DNA of 64,000 nt from Elusimicrobiota bacterium (GTDB lineage: Bacteria; Elusimicrobiota; Elusimicrobia; UBA1565): positions 1-64,000 of the forward strand of contig JBDRPD010000013.1 in assembly GCA_043827405.1 (NCBI GenBank), read 5' to 3'. Made by a program: the position numbers and the translations under genes. This document shows, in pieces, positions 28,637 through 37,889 of the stretch. The notes under the pieces were generated by a model, which was not told the origin of the DNA, searched no databases, and worked only from the letters and a program-made list of their open reading frames with translations. Position 1 is the stretch's first letter; the number at the start of each line of letters is the position of its first letter.

Positions 28637-28666
28637 TTAGATGCAGAAACCCGAAAAAGGATTCAG
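28637..28666 (-). promoter_or_regulatory. Putative ECF sigma promoter upstream of trxA
   Basis: CTGAATCCTTTTTCGGGTTTCTGCATCTAA; 22/30 identical, same spacing, to 33238-33267. Confidence 0.7.
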
Positions 28667-28667
28667 C

Positions 28668-31600
28668 CTATACTTGAGTGTCCGTTTCCGCGGAGACATT
28701 ACTGCCGTACAGGTAGTACAGGATCGGCACCGAGGTCCGCGACAGCAAAGTCGAGGCCACTTCGCCGGCGATCAGTGAGATCGCCAGGCCCTGGAAGATG
28801 GGATCGAACAAGATGACCCCGGCGCCGACCACCACCGCCGCCGCCGTCAGCAGCATCGGCCGGAAGCGCACCGTCCCGGCATCCACCACCGCCTCTTTGA
28901 GCGGCATTCCCTCATCGAGACGCAGATGGATGAAGTCTACGAGAATAATGGAATTGCGCACCACAATACCAGCCCCCGCGATAAAGCCGATCATGGAAGT
29001 CGCGGTGAAGAAAGCGCCCATACCCCAGTGCGCGGGCAGTATCCCCACCAAGGTCAGCGGGATCGGGGTCATAATGACCAGGGGAATAAGGAAGGAGCGG
29101 AACCACGCCACCACCAGAACGTACATAAGGATCAGCACCAAGGCGAAGGCGATGCCCAGATCGCGAAAGACCTCATAGGTGATATGCCACTCGCCGTCCC
29201 ACTTAAGCGCGCTTTCCTGGGAACTGTCCGGCTGGCGCGTATAGTACTGCTTGAGCTCGATGCCGTTTTTCTCGGCCAGTTCGGCGATGCGCGGGCGCAG
29301 CGACAGGATCGCGTAGATTGGGCTCTCTTGGCGTCCGGAAACGTCGGCGATCACGTAGGCGACGCGCTGCAGGTTCTTATGGAAGATGGGCATATCCGCA
29401 TCGCGGCTCTCGCGTCGCGTCAGCTCCTGCAGGCGGATCAAGGTCCCGTTGCGCGACAGCACGCCCAGAGACTCCACCGCGTTCAGGCCGCGCCGCTGGC
29501 TTTCGGGAAGCCGCAGGCGGATATCGACCGGCTCGTTCTCGCCTTCAATATGCGCCAAGCCGGCGGTATGCCCGTGCAGCGCCATAGCCACGGTCTGGGC
29601 GACCTGGGCCGGAGGTATGCCGTTCAGCGTCGCCTTGGCGCGGTCTACCTGCAGCGACTTCAGCGGCTGCGGGTCGGGGATATAGGTATCGACATCGGTG
29701 ATCCCAGCGGACTCTTCCAGCATTTTCTTGAGCGCGCGGGCGAATGCCTCCTGCCTTTCGGGATTGGGATCGAAGATCTCAAACACCATGGTGGACAGCA
29801 CCGGTGGACCGGGCGGCACCTCGGCCACCTGCACCCGCGCGCCATGCGCGCGGGCGATCTCGGTAATCCGCGGCCGCACCGCTTTGGCGATATCATGGCT
29901 CTGACGCTTGCGCTCCTTGAGCGGCAAGAGATTAACCAAGATATCGGCATGGTGCGGCCTGGTGCGCAGGTAGTAATGCCGCACCAGGCCGTTGAAGTTG
30001 TAGGGCGCCGCCGCGCCGACATATTCGGTCACATGCCGCACCTCGGGAACGGTCCACATATAAGCCGCGATCTCGGCCGCCGCAGCCGTCGTCTTCTCGA
30101 GCGCCGTGCCCTCCGGCATGGTGAGAACAATCTCGAATTCGTCCTTATTGTCGAACGGCAGCATCTTCACCGTAACGGCCTTGAAGTAAACCAAAGACAC
30201 CGAACCCAAAAGCAGCACCAACACCCCCGCCAGGTAGATCCAGCGCAGCCGGGCGCTGCTCAGGATCGCATGCATGAACCGGCGGTAGAGCTTATCCATG
30301 GCGCTTTCTTCATGCGCGGCATGCGACTTGGGCTTAAACATCACCAGCAGCCGGGCGAAAGCCCATGGCGAGACGATAAAGGCCACTCCCAACGAGAACA
30401 GCATCGCCGCCGAAGCGCCTATCGGAATGGGCCGCATATAGGGCCCCATCAGCCCGCTGACGAACGCCATCGGCAGGATGGCCGCGATCACCGTCCAAGT
30501 GGCGAGCAAGGTCGGGTTGCCGACCTCATCGACCGCGTCCACCGACAGCTTCCACAGCGAGCGGCCATCCTGCATCATATAGTGCCGGTGAATATTTTCC
30601 ACGACAACAATGGCGTCGTCGACTAGAATACCAATGGAGAAGATCAGGGCGAACAGCGTAATCCGGTTAAGGGTATAGCCGGACAGGAAGTAGATCAGCA
30701 GCGTTAAAGACAGCGTGACCGGGATGGCGATGAGCACGACAAAGGCCTCGCGAAAGCCCAGAGCCAGCGCGACCAACGCCGTAACCGAAAGCGTCGCCAG
30801 CCACATATGGAATATCAGCTCATCCGACTTATGCTTGGCGGTCTCGCCGTAATTGCGCGTTATTGTGGTCTCAATGCCCTCCAGGTCGCCCGCTTCGCGC
30901 GCGCGATTGACGCGCTCGAGAACCGCATCCGCCACCTTGGTGGCATTGGAGCCTTTGCGCTTGGAAACCGACAGCGTCACCGCGGGGTAGCGCTCATCCG
31001 AACCGCGGCTGGAGAACAGCACCGATCGCTCGTCCTCATCGACGCCGTCGGTCACCTCGGCCACATGGCTCAGCAGGACCGGCCGACCTCCCGACACACC
31101 GAGAACGACGCTGCGCAGGTCATCGGCAGTGCGGATGAAGGCATCGGTCTCCACCAGCACCGCTTTGCCGTCCTTATTATAGTGTCCGGCGGGCAGGCGT
31201 TGATTGGAGGCCTGCAGCATGCCCGAGACTTCCATTAAAGTCAGGCGGCGCTGGGCCAGTTTGGCGGGGTCGATATGCACATTAAACTGCCGCCGCCGCC
31301 CACCGATGATGTCGATTTCAGAAGCGTCGGTTACCGCGCTGATCTCACGGCGCAGGGAGGCGGCGGCCCGGCGCAGCTCGAGCGGCCCCTTGTCCTTGCC
31401 CCATAAAATCAGGCTCAGTATCGGCACATCGTCGATCAACCGCGGCTTGATCAGCGGCTGCCCGGCGCCCGGCGGCAGCTTATCTATATTGGCGAACGTC
31501 TTGGTGTAGACGCGCGTCATAGCCTCTTCCGGATTGGTCCCGACCTCGAAGCGCAGGATAAACATCGCGAAGCCCGGCTCGGCCGTGCTGTAGATATACT

Positions 31601-31871
31601 CGACTCCCGGGATCTCCCATAGCGTACGCTCGCCGACGTCGATCACGCGCTTCTCGACCTCGCGCGCGCTCGCCCCCGGAAACGGAACAAAAATATCGAA
31701 CATCGGCACGTCGATCTGCGGCTCCTCTTCACGCGGCAGGTTCAACAGCGCGAAGCCGCCCAAAAGCAGAGAACCGATAATTATCAGGGGCGTGAGCTTG
31801 GAGCGGATGAAGGCGGCGGCGATGCCGCCGGCGATCCCCAGTTTTTTGGTCTTACCCTCTTGCGTTGTCAT
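28668..31871 (-). CDS. RND efflux transporter permease (AcrB/CzcA superfamily)
   Basis: About 1067 aa; PREEEPQI, GILVDDAIVVVENI, GIVVRNSIILVDF, RFRPMLLT. Confidence 0.93.
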   Translation of the reverse strand: MTTQEGKTKKLGIAGGIAAAFIRSKLTPLIIIGSLLLGGFALLNLPREEEPQIDVPMFDIFVPFPGASAREVEKRVIDVGERTLWEIPGVEYIYSTAEPGFAMFILRFEVGTNPEEAMTRVYTKTFANIDKLPPGAGQPLIKPRLIDDVPILSLILWGKDKGPLELRRAAASLRREISAVTDASEIDIIGGRRRQFNVHIDPAKLAQRRLTLMEVSGMLQASNQRLPAGHYNKDGKAVLVETDAFIRTADDLRSVVLGVSGGRPVLLSHVAEVTDGVDEDERSVLFSSRGSDERYPAVTLSVSKRKGSNATKVADAVLERVNRAREAGDLEGIETTITRNYGETAKHKSDELIFHMWLATLSVTALVALALGFREAFVVLIAIPVTLSLTLLIYFLSGYTLNRITLFALIFSIGILVDDAIVVVENIHRHYMMQDGRSLWKLSVDAVDEVGNPTLLATWTVIAAILPMAFVSGLMGPYMRPIPIGASAAMLFSLGVAFIVSPWAFARLLVMFKPKSHAAHEESAMDKLYRRFMHAILSSARLRWIYLAGVLVLLLGSVSLVYFKAVTVKMLPFDNKDEFEIVLTMPEGTALEKTTAAAAEIAAYMWTVPEVRHVTEYVGAAAPYNFNGLVRHYYLRTRPHHADILVNLLPLKERKRQSHDIAKAVRPRITEIARAHGARVQVAEVPPGPPVLSTMVFEIFDPNPERQEAFARALKKMLEESAGITDVDTYIPDPQPLKSLQVDRAKATLNGIPPAQVAQTVAMALHGHTAGLAHIEGENEPVDIRLRLPESQRRGLNAVESLGVLSRNGTLIRLQELTRRESRDADMPIFHKNLQRVAYVIADVSGRQESPIYAILSLRPRIAELAEKNGIELKQYYTRQPDSSQESALKWDGEWHITYEVFRDLGIAFALVLILMYVLVVAWFRSFLIPLVIMTPIPLTLVGILPAHWGMGAFFTATSMIGFIAGAGIVVRNSIILVDFIHLRLDEGMPLKEAVVDAGTVRFRPMLLTAAAVVVGAGVILFDPIFQGLAISLIAGEVASTLLSRTSVPILYYLYGSNVSAETDTQV

Positions 31872-33220
31872 CGTACGGCCTCCAAGCTGTCGGCGATCTT
31901 CGCTACGACGCCGCGGTCGAGCCCGCCGGCGGTTAACATCAGCCGGGCATAGCCGGCATGCAGGTGATAAAGCGTCTGCAGATAGGCGTCTTCCGCCTGG
32001 GCCAAAGCATCTTCGGCGCGCAGCACCTCCATAACGCTTTGCCGCCCCTCGAGATAAAGCGGCCGGAAAAGTTTGAGCGACATGCGCGCCTGCTCCAGCA
32101 TCCACTGTACCGTCGGCAGGCTCTCCGCCACGCCGTTAAAGCCCGCCCGCGCGCCGGCCAGCTCCATGCGGACGGCATCCGCCTGCTCCTCCGCCAGCGA
32201 GCGGCTGGCCTCGACCTGCGCCTTGGCGCGGGCCCGGCGCGGGATATAGGCGGGGTCGCCGAACGGCAGCCGGGCCCGTACGCCGAGTATGCGCGACGCC
32301 AGATTGCGGTCGAAATCGGTAGTCGCCGTCTCGACGGCGGCGAAGGCCTCGACCGTGGGCAGCAGGCTCATCGAGCTCTGCCGCTGCGCAGTCTCCGCTT
32401 GAGAAGTTCGCACCCGAGCCATACGCAAATCGCGCCGGTCGCGCAGCGAGCGGTCGACCAGCTCCGCCTCCGGCGGCAGGGAATAGGTTCCCGGCAGGAG
32501 AGCGCCCGCGGGCTTCAGCTCGCCGGGCGCGGTCCCGGTCAGCACCGCCAAGCGCGCGCGCGAGGCCTCAAGGCGGTACCGCGCCTGGGTCCGCTCAGCC
32601 CGGAGCTTGCCGAGAATGGCTTCGGCGGCGTAGAAGTCGGAGCCCAGAACCAAACCCTTCTTCTTGAGCCGACGGGTATCGTCCGCCATGGTCTCGGCCG
32701 ACTTCACCCGCTCTTCCAGCATGGCGAACCGGGCGGTTTCCAGCAGCACCCCGAGATGGCTTTCCACCGCCTGATAAAGCTTCATCTGCTCGGCGCCCTC
32801 CGCCCGGCTCTCCGCTTCCGTCACCGCGAGCCGGCCCATGCGGCGGTAAGAGTGCAGCTGATAGGCGGTAAAAAGCGGCATCCCGACCTCCAGGGCGGTC
32901 TTGATATTGGTGCGGTAGCCCGGCTGGTTGAGGTTCATGATATCGAAGTCGCGCTGCTCGGCGGCGCGCTGCTCGAGGCGCGAGCCGAAGACGAAGAGGG
33001 GGTTATCTCCCCGCATAATGGAGCTGCGGGCGGCGATATGAGGCAGGCTCATGGCCCGCGCCTCCCACAGGGCGCTCTTCGCCGCGCGCGCTCCCGAACG
33101 CGCGCCCCGCAGCGCGGGGCTGCGCCGCACGACAAGGTCGGCGACCTCGGTCAGCCCGGCGGCCGATGCCGAGAGCGGAATTAACAGCAAAGCGGCAACG
33201 ATAAGGTTCCGATAAATCAT
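31868..33220 (-). CDS. TolC-family outer membrane protein
   Basis: Signal peptide; two OEP repeats; C-terminal YLEGRQSVMEVLRAE. Confidence 0.85.
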   Translation of the reverse strand: MIYRNLIVAALLLIPLSASAAGLTEVADLVVRRSPALRGARSGARAAKSALWEARAMSLPHIAARSSIMRGDNPLFVFGSRLEQRAAEQRDFDIMNLNQPGYRTNIKTALEVGMPLFTAYQLHSYRRMGRLAVTEAESRAEGAEQMKLYQAVESHLGVLLETARFAMLEERVKSAETMADDTRRLKKKGLVLGSDFYAAEAILGKLRAERTQARYRLEASRARLAVLTGTAPGELKPAGALLPGTYSLPPEAELVDRSLRDRRDLRMARVRTSQAETAQRQSSMSLLPTVEAFAAVETATTDFDRNLASRILGVRARLPFGDPAYIPRRARAKAQVEASRSLAEEQADAVRMELAGARAGFNGVAESLPTVQWMLEQARMSLKLFRPLYLEGRQSVMEVLRAEDALAQAEDAYLQTLYHLHAGYARLMLTAGGLDRGVVAKIADSLEAVR

Positions 33221-33237
33221 GGCGTTTCTCCTGCTGT

Positions 33238-33267
33238 TTGGATGCAGAACGGAAGGAAAGGATTCAG
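33238..33267 (-). promoter_or_regulatory. Putative ECF sigma promoter upstream of the tolC-like gene
   Basis: CTGAATCCTTTCCTTCCGTTCTGCATCCAA; the -35 overlaps the anti-sigma stop codon. Confidence 0.7.
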
Positions 33268-33521
33268 GACTTCTTTAAGGAAAGCGCGCATTCTTTCAGC
33301 TGCGACCGCAGGCTGCGGCGCAATTTTGCGGGGAGCGAGGACCGGCGGCCCGCCTTGTTGACAATGCGGACCGACTTGCGCAAGGTGGCGATAAAGGCTT
33401 TGCAGGGCTTGCATTTAGGCGCGTGCGCGTCGATCACGCGGCATAGCTTGGGATCAAGCTCGCCGTCGATATAGTCCGACAAGCGGTGGATCATGCCGCC
33501 GCAGCCGTGCTTTTTTTTCAT
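33264..33521 (-). CDS. Soluble zf-HC2 (ZAS) anti-sigma factor
   Basis: C...LSDYIDGEL......HAPKCKPC (HxxxCxxC); overlaps the sigma stop. Confidence 0.85.
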   Translation of the reverse strand: MKKKHGCGGMIHRLSDYIDGELDPKLCRVIDAHAPKCKPCKAFIATLRKSVRIVNKAGRRSSLPAKLRRSLRSQLKECALSLKKS

Positions 33522-34102
33522 GCGCGCCGCCCGCGAAAATAAGCGTCGAGCTTCTCGCGCAGAAACAGCCGCCCCCGGTGCAGCCGGGACTTCACCGCCG
33601 CCACGCTGATCTTAAGGATCTTGGCCGTTTCCTTGTTGGAAAGCTCCTCTATGTCGCGCAAGGTCAAAACCAGGCGGTACTCGACCGGCAGCGCCGCCAG
33701 CGCCTTGGCCACCGCTTCGCCCAATTCTTTCTTCTTGGCCGCCTCTTCCGGCGAGGCGCCCCAGTCCTGGAACTCGCGCACCGGTCCCCGCGGTCCGTCC
33801 AGGACGCGGACGAAGGGCTGCCGCTTCTTTTTGCGGTAGCGCATCCAGCACAGGTTGGAGGCGATGCGGTAGAGCCAGGTACCCAGGCCCGATGCGCCGC
33901 GGAACTTGCGGATTCCCTTGAAGGCGGTGAGAAAAGTCTCCTGGTAAACGCCGTCCGCTTCGGCGGGCATGCCGGCACAGACGCTCTGCGCCAGGCGGAA
34001 GATCTTGTCCTCGTGGCGGCGGATGAGCTTGCCGAAAGCTCCGGGGTCGCCGTTTTTGCTGGCCGCGATCAGCGCGGACTCCGTATCGGTTCTCATTCCC
34101 AA
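33518..34102 (-). CDS. ECF RNA polymerase sigma factor
   Basis: GDPGAFGKL, QETFL, TWLYRIA, LRDIEELSNKETAKIL..SVAAVKSRLHRGR. Confidence 0.92.
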   Translation of the reverse strand: MGMRTDTESALIAASKNGDPGAFGKLIRRHEDKIFRLAQSVCAGMPAEADGVYQETFLTAFKGIRKFRGASGLGTWLYRIASNLCWMRYRKKKRQPFVRVLDGPRGPVREFQDWGASPEEAAKKKELGEAVAKALAALPVEYRLVLTLRDIEELSNKETAKILKISVAAVKSRLHRGRLFLREKLDAYFRGRRA

Positions 34103-34132
34103 TTATTTATCTTACAACTTGTGACCGTCCGC

Positions 34133-34179
34133 TTGACTTGCTGGGATTAATTTTTTATCATTATTGATATTAAGTATCA
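34133..34179 (+). promoter_or_regulatory. fur promoter with an adjacent Fur box
   Basis: TTGACT-17-TATCAT (34133-34161), then the 7-1-7 repeat TGATATTAAGTATCA (34165-34179). Confidence 0.65.
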
Positions 34180-34181
34180 TT

Positions 34182-34634
34182 ATGAAAACAGCTAGAACCA
34201 GCCCCGCACGCCAGGCCAAAGAACTCTTTATTGAATACCTCGCCGCCCATGGCCTGCGCTTCACGCGTCAGCGGCTGCTGGTTTTAGACCACCTGCTCAG
34301 CTCCGGCAAGCATCAGAGCACCGATGCGATATATCAAACCCTCCGCCGGCAGGGAGTCGGCCGCGCCACCGTCTTTAGAAACCTTAAAATGCTGGCTAAG
34401 TGCGGCATTATCAGCAATATTCGCGATCCAAAAGGTATTTCCAATTTTGAAGTAACACATAACCGGCCGCATCATGACCACCTAATCTGCATTAAATGCG
34501 ATGCCATCCACGAGGTTCGCTGGCCCGAATTAGAACGCATTCAGCAGCGTATATGTCGGAAAACCGGATTTGAGCCGCGCTGGCATCGGCATGAAATATT
34601 TGGCGTCTGCGCGCGGTGTCGGAAAGCACGGTAG
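34182..34634 (+). CDS. fur: Fur-family transcriptional repressor
   Basis: GLRFTRQR, GRATVFRNL, HHDHLICIKC, GVCARC. Confidence 0.9.
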   Translation: MKTARTSPARQAKELFIEYLAAHGLRFTRQRLLVLDHLLSSGKHQSTDAIYQTLRRQGVGRATVFRNLKMLAKCGIISNIRDPKGISNFEVTHNRPHHDHLICIKCDAIHEVRWPELERIQQRICRKTGFEPRWHRHEIFGVCARCRKAR

Positions 34635-34654
34635 CTGTTTTTTTAAATTACTAT

Positions 34655-34669
34655 TGATACTCTGTATCA
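34655..34669. promoter_or_regulatory. Second Fur box upstream of the porin gene
   Basis: TGATACTCTGTATCA; shares ATTGATAyTnnGTATCAT with the site at 34163-34180. Confidence 0.65.
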
Positions 34670-34682
34670 TGAAGGGGGAAGC

Positions 34683-35921
34683 ATGAAATACCCGCTGCTC
34701 GCCTTAATGGCCCTGCTCGCGTCCGGTCCGGCGTTGGCGCAGGACCGCCTGACAGAGATGGAGCGCAAGCTTGAAGTTCTTGGCGCGGAGATCGAACGCT
34801 TGAAGCTTGACGGTACGCCGTCATCGCCCGGCGGGAGCGCCGGCGCCAACACCACCCTGGGCGGCTATGGAGAAATGGTTTACCAAAACTACCGCCAGCG
34901 CCGGCAGGACGGCGCCGTCGCCGGCCAGCGCGACACCATCGACATGTATCGCACCGTCGCTTATATCGGCCACAAGTTCAACGACTGGATCACCCTGCAC
35001 TCGGAGATTGAGTTCGAACATGGGACCGACAGCACGCGCGGCGAGGTCTCAGTGGAGCAGGCGGCGCTGGACCTGGCGTTTAAGAAGTGGTTTGGACTGC
35101 GCGCCGGCATGATGCTGATGCCGGTGGGAATTATCAACGAGACACACGAACCCAATACGTACCACGGTGCCCTGCGCCCCAGCGTGGAGTCAAAGATCAT
35201 CCCCAGCACCTGGCGGGAGAACGGCATCGGCATTTTCGGCACCGCCGGCCCGCTAAGCTACCGCTCCTATATAGTCGCCGGCCTGCAGGCGGCCAACGCC
35301 TCCAGCGTCAGCGGCTTTAATCACAGCAGCGGCGTACGCAGCGGCCGTTCCAAGGGCTCCAAGAGCTTCGCCGACGACCTGGCCTGGGTCGGCCGCATCG
35401 ACGTCTCGCCGCTGGCCGGCCTATCCGCCGGCGGCTCGCTCTACATCGGTGAGGCCGACCAGAGCCAGCTCAGCCTGCCCTCCGTCCCGGTAACCATTTG
35501 GGAGCTGCATACTGACGCCAAATGGCGCGGCGCCGAACTGCGCGGCCTCTTCGCTAAAGTGAAGATCGGCAGCGTCGACGAACTCAACGTGGTCCAGGGC
35601 GTGGCTGCGGGCTCCAACAGCTCGATCGGCTCGGAGATGTTCGGCGTCTACCTCCACGCCGCCTACAACATCTTTACTCTGTGGCCGGGAAGCGGCGAGC
35701 AGTATCTGGCACCGTTTTTCCGCTTCGAGCGCTACGATACGCAGCACAAGGTTCCGGACGCTTGGAACAAAAACCCGGCCAACAACCGCATCGAGTATAC
35801 GGTGGGCCTCACCTACCGGCCGCATCCACGGGTGGCGCTAAAGCTCGACCATCAGTTCATGCGCAACCTGGCGCGCACCGGCATCGAGCAGACCAACTTT
35901 GGCGTTGGCTATGCGTTCTAG
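34683..35921 (+). CDS. Outer membrane beta-barrel porin-like protein (OprO/OprP-like)
   Basis: Signal peptide, coiled coil, LGGYGE, SEIEFEHG, NETHEP, PSTWRENG, terminal aromatic residue (YAF). Confidence 0.75.
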   Translation: MKYPLLALMALLASGPALAQDRLTEMERKLEVLGAEIERLKLDGTPSSPGGSAGANTTLGGYGEMVYQNYRQRRQDGAVAGQRDTIDMYRTVAYIGHKFNDWITLHSEIEFEHGTDSTRGEVSVEQAALDLAFKKWFGLRAGMMLMPVGIINETHEPNTYHGALRPSVESKIIPSTWRENGIGIFGTAGPLSYRSYIVAGLQAANASSVSGFNHSSGVRSGRSKGSKSFADDLAWVGRIDVSPLAGLSAGGSLYIGEADQSQLSLPSVPVTIWELHTDAKWRGAELRGLFAKVKIGSVDELNVVQGVAAGSNSSIGSEMFGVYLHAAYNIFTLWPGSGEQYLAPFFRFERYDTQHKVPDAWNKNPANNRIEYTVGLTYRPHPRVALKLDHQFMRNLARTGIEQTNFGVGYAF

Positions 35922-36450
35922 CTTATTCCTTGTCTGGTTCGCGGCATCCGCGGCGCTGTTGTCAGCGGCGCTCGCGGATGCCGCGGACTCCTCCCGCGAG
36001 CGAGCGCTCCAGCGCGCCTTCCCCGCGGCGGCCGTCGAACGCAGGACGGCCTACTTATCCGCGGCGCAGCTGACAACGGCCAATGAAAATGCGGACTCGA
36101 CAACCGAAATCGAGTCGCGAATCTGGACCTACTATGTCGGCAGTAATTCGGCGGGAGTTGTCGGCTTCGCCTATTTTGATCGCTTAATAATCCGCGCCGC
36201 GCCCGCCGTTATCATGACGGTCGTCGCTCCGGACGGACGGCTGCGCAGCATCGAGGCCGTTGAGTTCAACGGCCCGCCGGAGCGCGCGCCCACCCGCGCC
36301 TTCCTGAAAGGTCTGCGCGGCATGAGCCTCGGCAGTGAAATCCGGCTGGGCGCGGGAGTCGACGGCATCTCCGGCGCCACCTACACCTCCATGACTTTGG
36401 TCGACGCGGCCCGGCGCGCTCTGGCAATCCACTCCGTTTTGCACCCCTAA
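35911..36450 (+). CDS. Exported FMN-binding domain protein
   Basis: Signal peptide; flavinylation motif DGISGATYTS. Confidence 0.8.
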   Translation: MRSSLFLVWFAASAALLSAALADAADSSRERALQRAFPAAAVERRTAYLSAAQLTTANENADSTTEIESRIWTYYVGSNSAGVVGFAYFDRLIIRAAPAVIMTVVAPDGRLRSIEAVEFNGPPERAPTRAFLKGLRGMSLGSEIRLGAGVDGISGATYTSMTLVDAARRALAIHSVLHP

Positions 36451-36470
36451 ACGCTATAATCAAAGGCGTC

Positions 36471-37889
36471 ATGCATGACGTCGCCATCATCGGCGGAGGA
36501 GTCATCGGCTGCGCCATCGCGCGCGGGCTTTCGCGCTTCAAGCTGCGGGTAGTCCTCGTCGAGAGCTGCGAAGAGGTGGGCTTCGGCACCACTAAAACCA
36601 ACAGCGGCATCATCCATGCCGGACACCACAGCCCGCCGGGCACGCTGAAGGGGGAACTGGCGGTGCGCGGCAATGCGCTTTTCGACCGCCTGCACGCCGA
36701 GCTGAACTTCGGCTTCAAGCGCATCGGGGAGCTGGTTGTCGCGCGCGAGCAGGTAGACCTGCCGGTCCTCGACCGGCTTAAGGCGCAGGGAGAGAAGAAA
36801 GGCGTCGCCGGCCTCGAGATCTGGGACGCCGCGCGCCTGCGGCGCGAAGAGCCGAACCTCTCGCCGAAGCTTTTGGGCGCGCTCCATGCTCCGTCCGCCG
36901 GCGTTATCAACCCCTACGAGTTCGCCTTCGCCCTGATCGAGAACGCCCAGGACAACGGCGTCGAGCTGCGCGTCAACAGCCCGGTGCAAAGCATCGAAAG
37001 CGACGGCGACGGCCTAACGCTGCGCACGCCCACCGCCGCCATCCGCTCACGCTTCGCGCTCAACTGCGCCGGCGTCTTCGCCGACGATATCGCGCGCATG
37101 CTCGGCCTCAAGGACTTTAGAATCCTGCCCCGCAAGGGCGAGGAGTATATGCTCGACAAGCGTCTTGAAGGCCTGGTCCGGCGCCTGATCTTCCCGGTGC
37201 CGCAGAAGACGACCAAGGGCATCCTCATCATCCCGACTTTCGACGGCACCATAATGGTCGGGCCCACCGCCGAGGACACCGCGGACCGCCATGATTTGGC
37301 CACCACCCCGGAAGGCGCGGAGAAGGTCTTTAGCTTTGTCCGCGGCATGTGCCCGTCCATCGCGGAACGGGACACCATCACCGAATTCGCGGGCCTGCGC
37401 GCGGTCAGCGACAGCAACGACTTCATCATCGGACCGACCGCGGTAAAAGGCTTCATCAACGTCGCCGGCATCCAATCCCCCGGCCTGACCTCGGCGCCGG
37501 CCATCGCCGAGCGGGTCGTGGAGATCCTCAAGGACGAAGGCCTGCGGCTCGACCGGAAAAAAGGATTCAACCCCAAGCATCAGGGACCCGCGCGCTTCGC
37601 CTCGCTCGACCTGGAAGCGCGCCGGAAGCTGATCAAAAAGGATCGCCTGTTCGGCAGGGTGGTCTGCCGCTGCGAGCTGATAACCGAGGCCGAAATCCGC
37701 AGCGCCGTCGACAGCGGCGCCCGCACCCTGGATGGGATCAAGTTCCGCACCCGGGCCGGCATGGGCCGCTGTCAGGGCAGCTTCTGCACCACCCGCTGCC
37801 TGGACACTTTGGCCGAGCGTCTCAACAAGCCGCTGCATGCCATCACCAAACGCGGCGGGAAGTCCTGGCTGACGGAGGCCATGGACTGA
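36471..37889 (+). CDS. FAD-dependent oxidoreductase, GlpA/glycerol-3-phosphate dehydrogenase-like, with a BFD 2Fe-2S domain
   Basis: IIGGGVIG, NSGIIHAG, GIQSPGLTSAPA, CRCE...RAGMGRCQGSFC. Confidence 0.85.
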   Translation: MHDVAIIGGGVIGCAIARGLSRFKLRVVLVESCEEVGFGTTKTNSGIIHAGHHSPPGTLKGELAVRGNALFDRLHAELNFGFKRIGELVVAREQVDLPVLDRLKAQGEKKGVAGLEIWDAARLRREEPNLSPKLLGALHAPSAGVINPYEFAFALIENAQDNGVELRVNSPVQSIESDGDGLTLRTPTAAIRSRFALNCAGVFADDIARMLGLKDFRILPRKGEEYMLDKRLEGLVRRLIFPVPQKTTKGILIIPTFDGTIMVGPTAEDTADRHDLATTPEGAEKVFSFVRGMCPSIAERDTITEFAGLRAVSDSNDFIIGPTAVKGFINVAGIQSPGLTSAPAIAERVVEILKDEGLRLDRKKGFNPKHQGPARFASLDLEARRKLIKKDRLFGRVVCRCELITEAEIRSAVDSGARTLDGIKFRTRAGMGRCQGSFCTTRCLDTLAERLNKPLHAITKRGGKSWLTEAMD

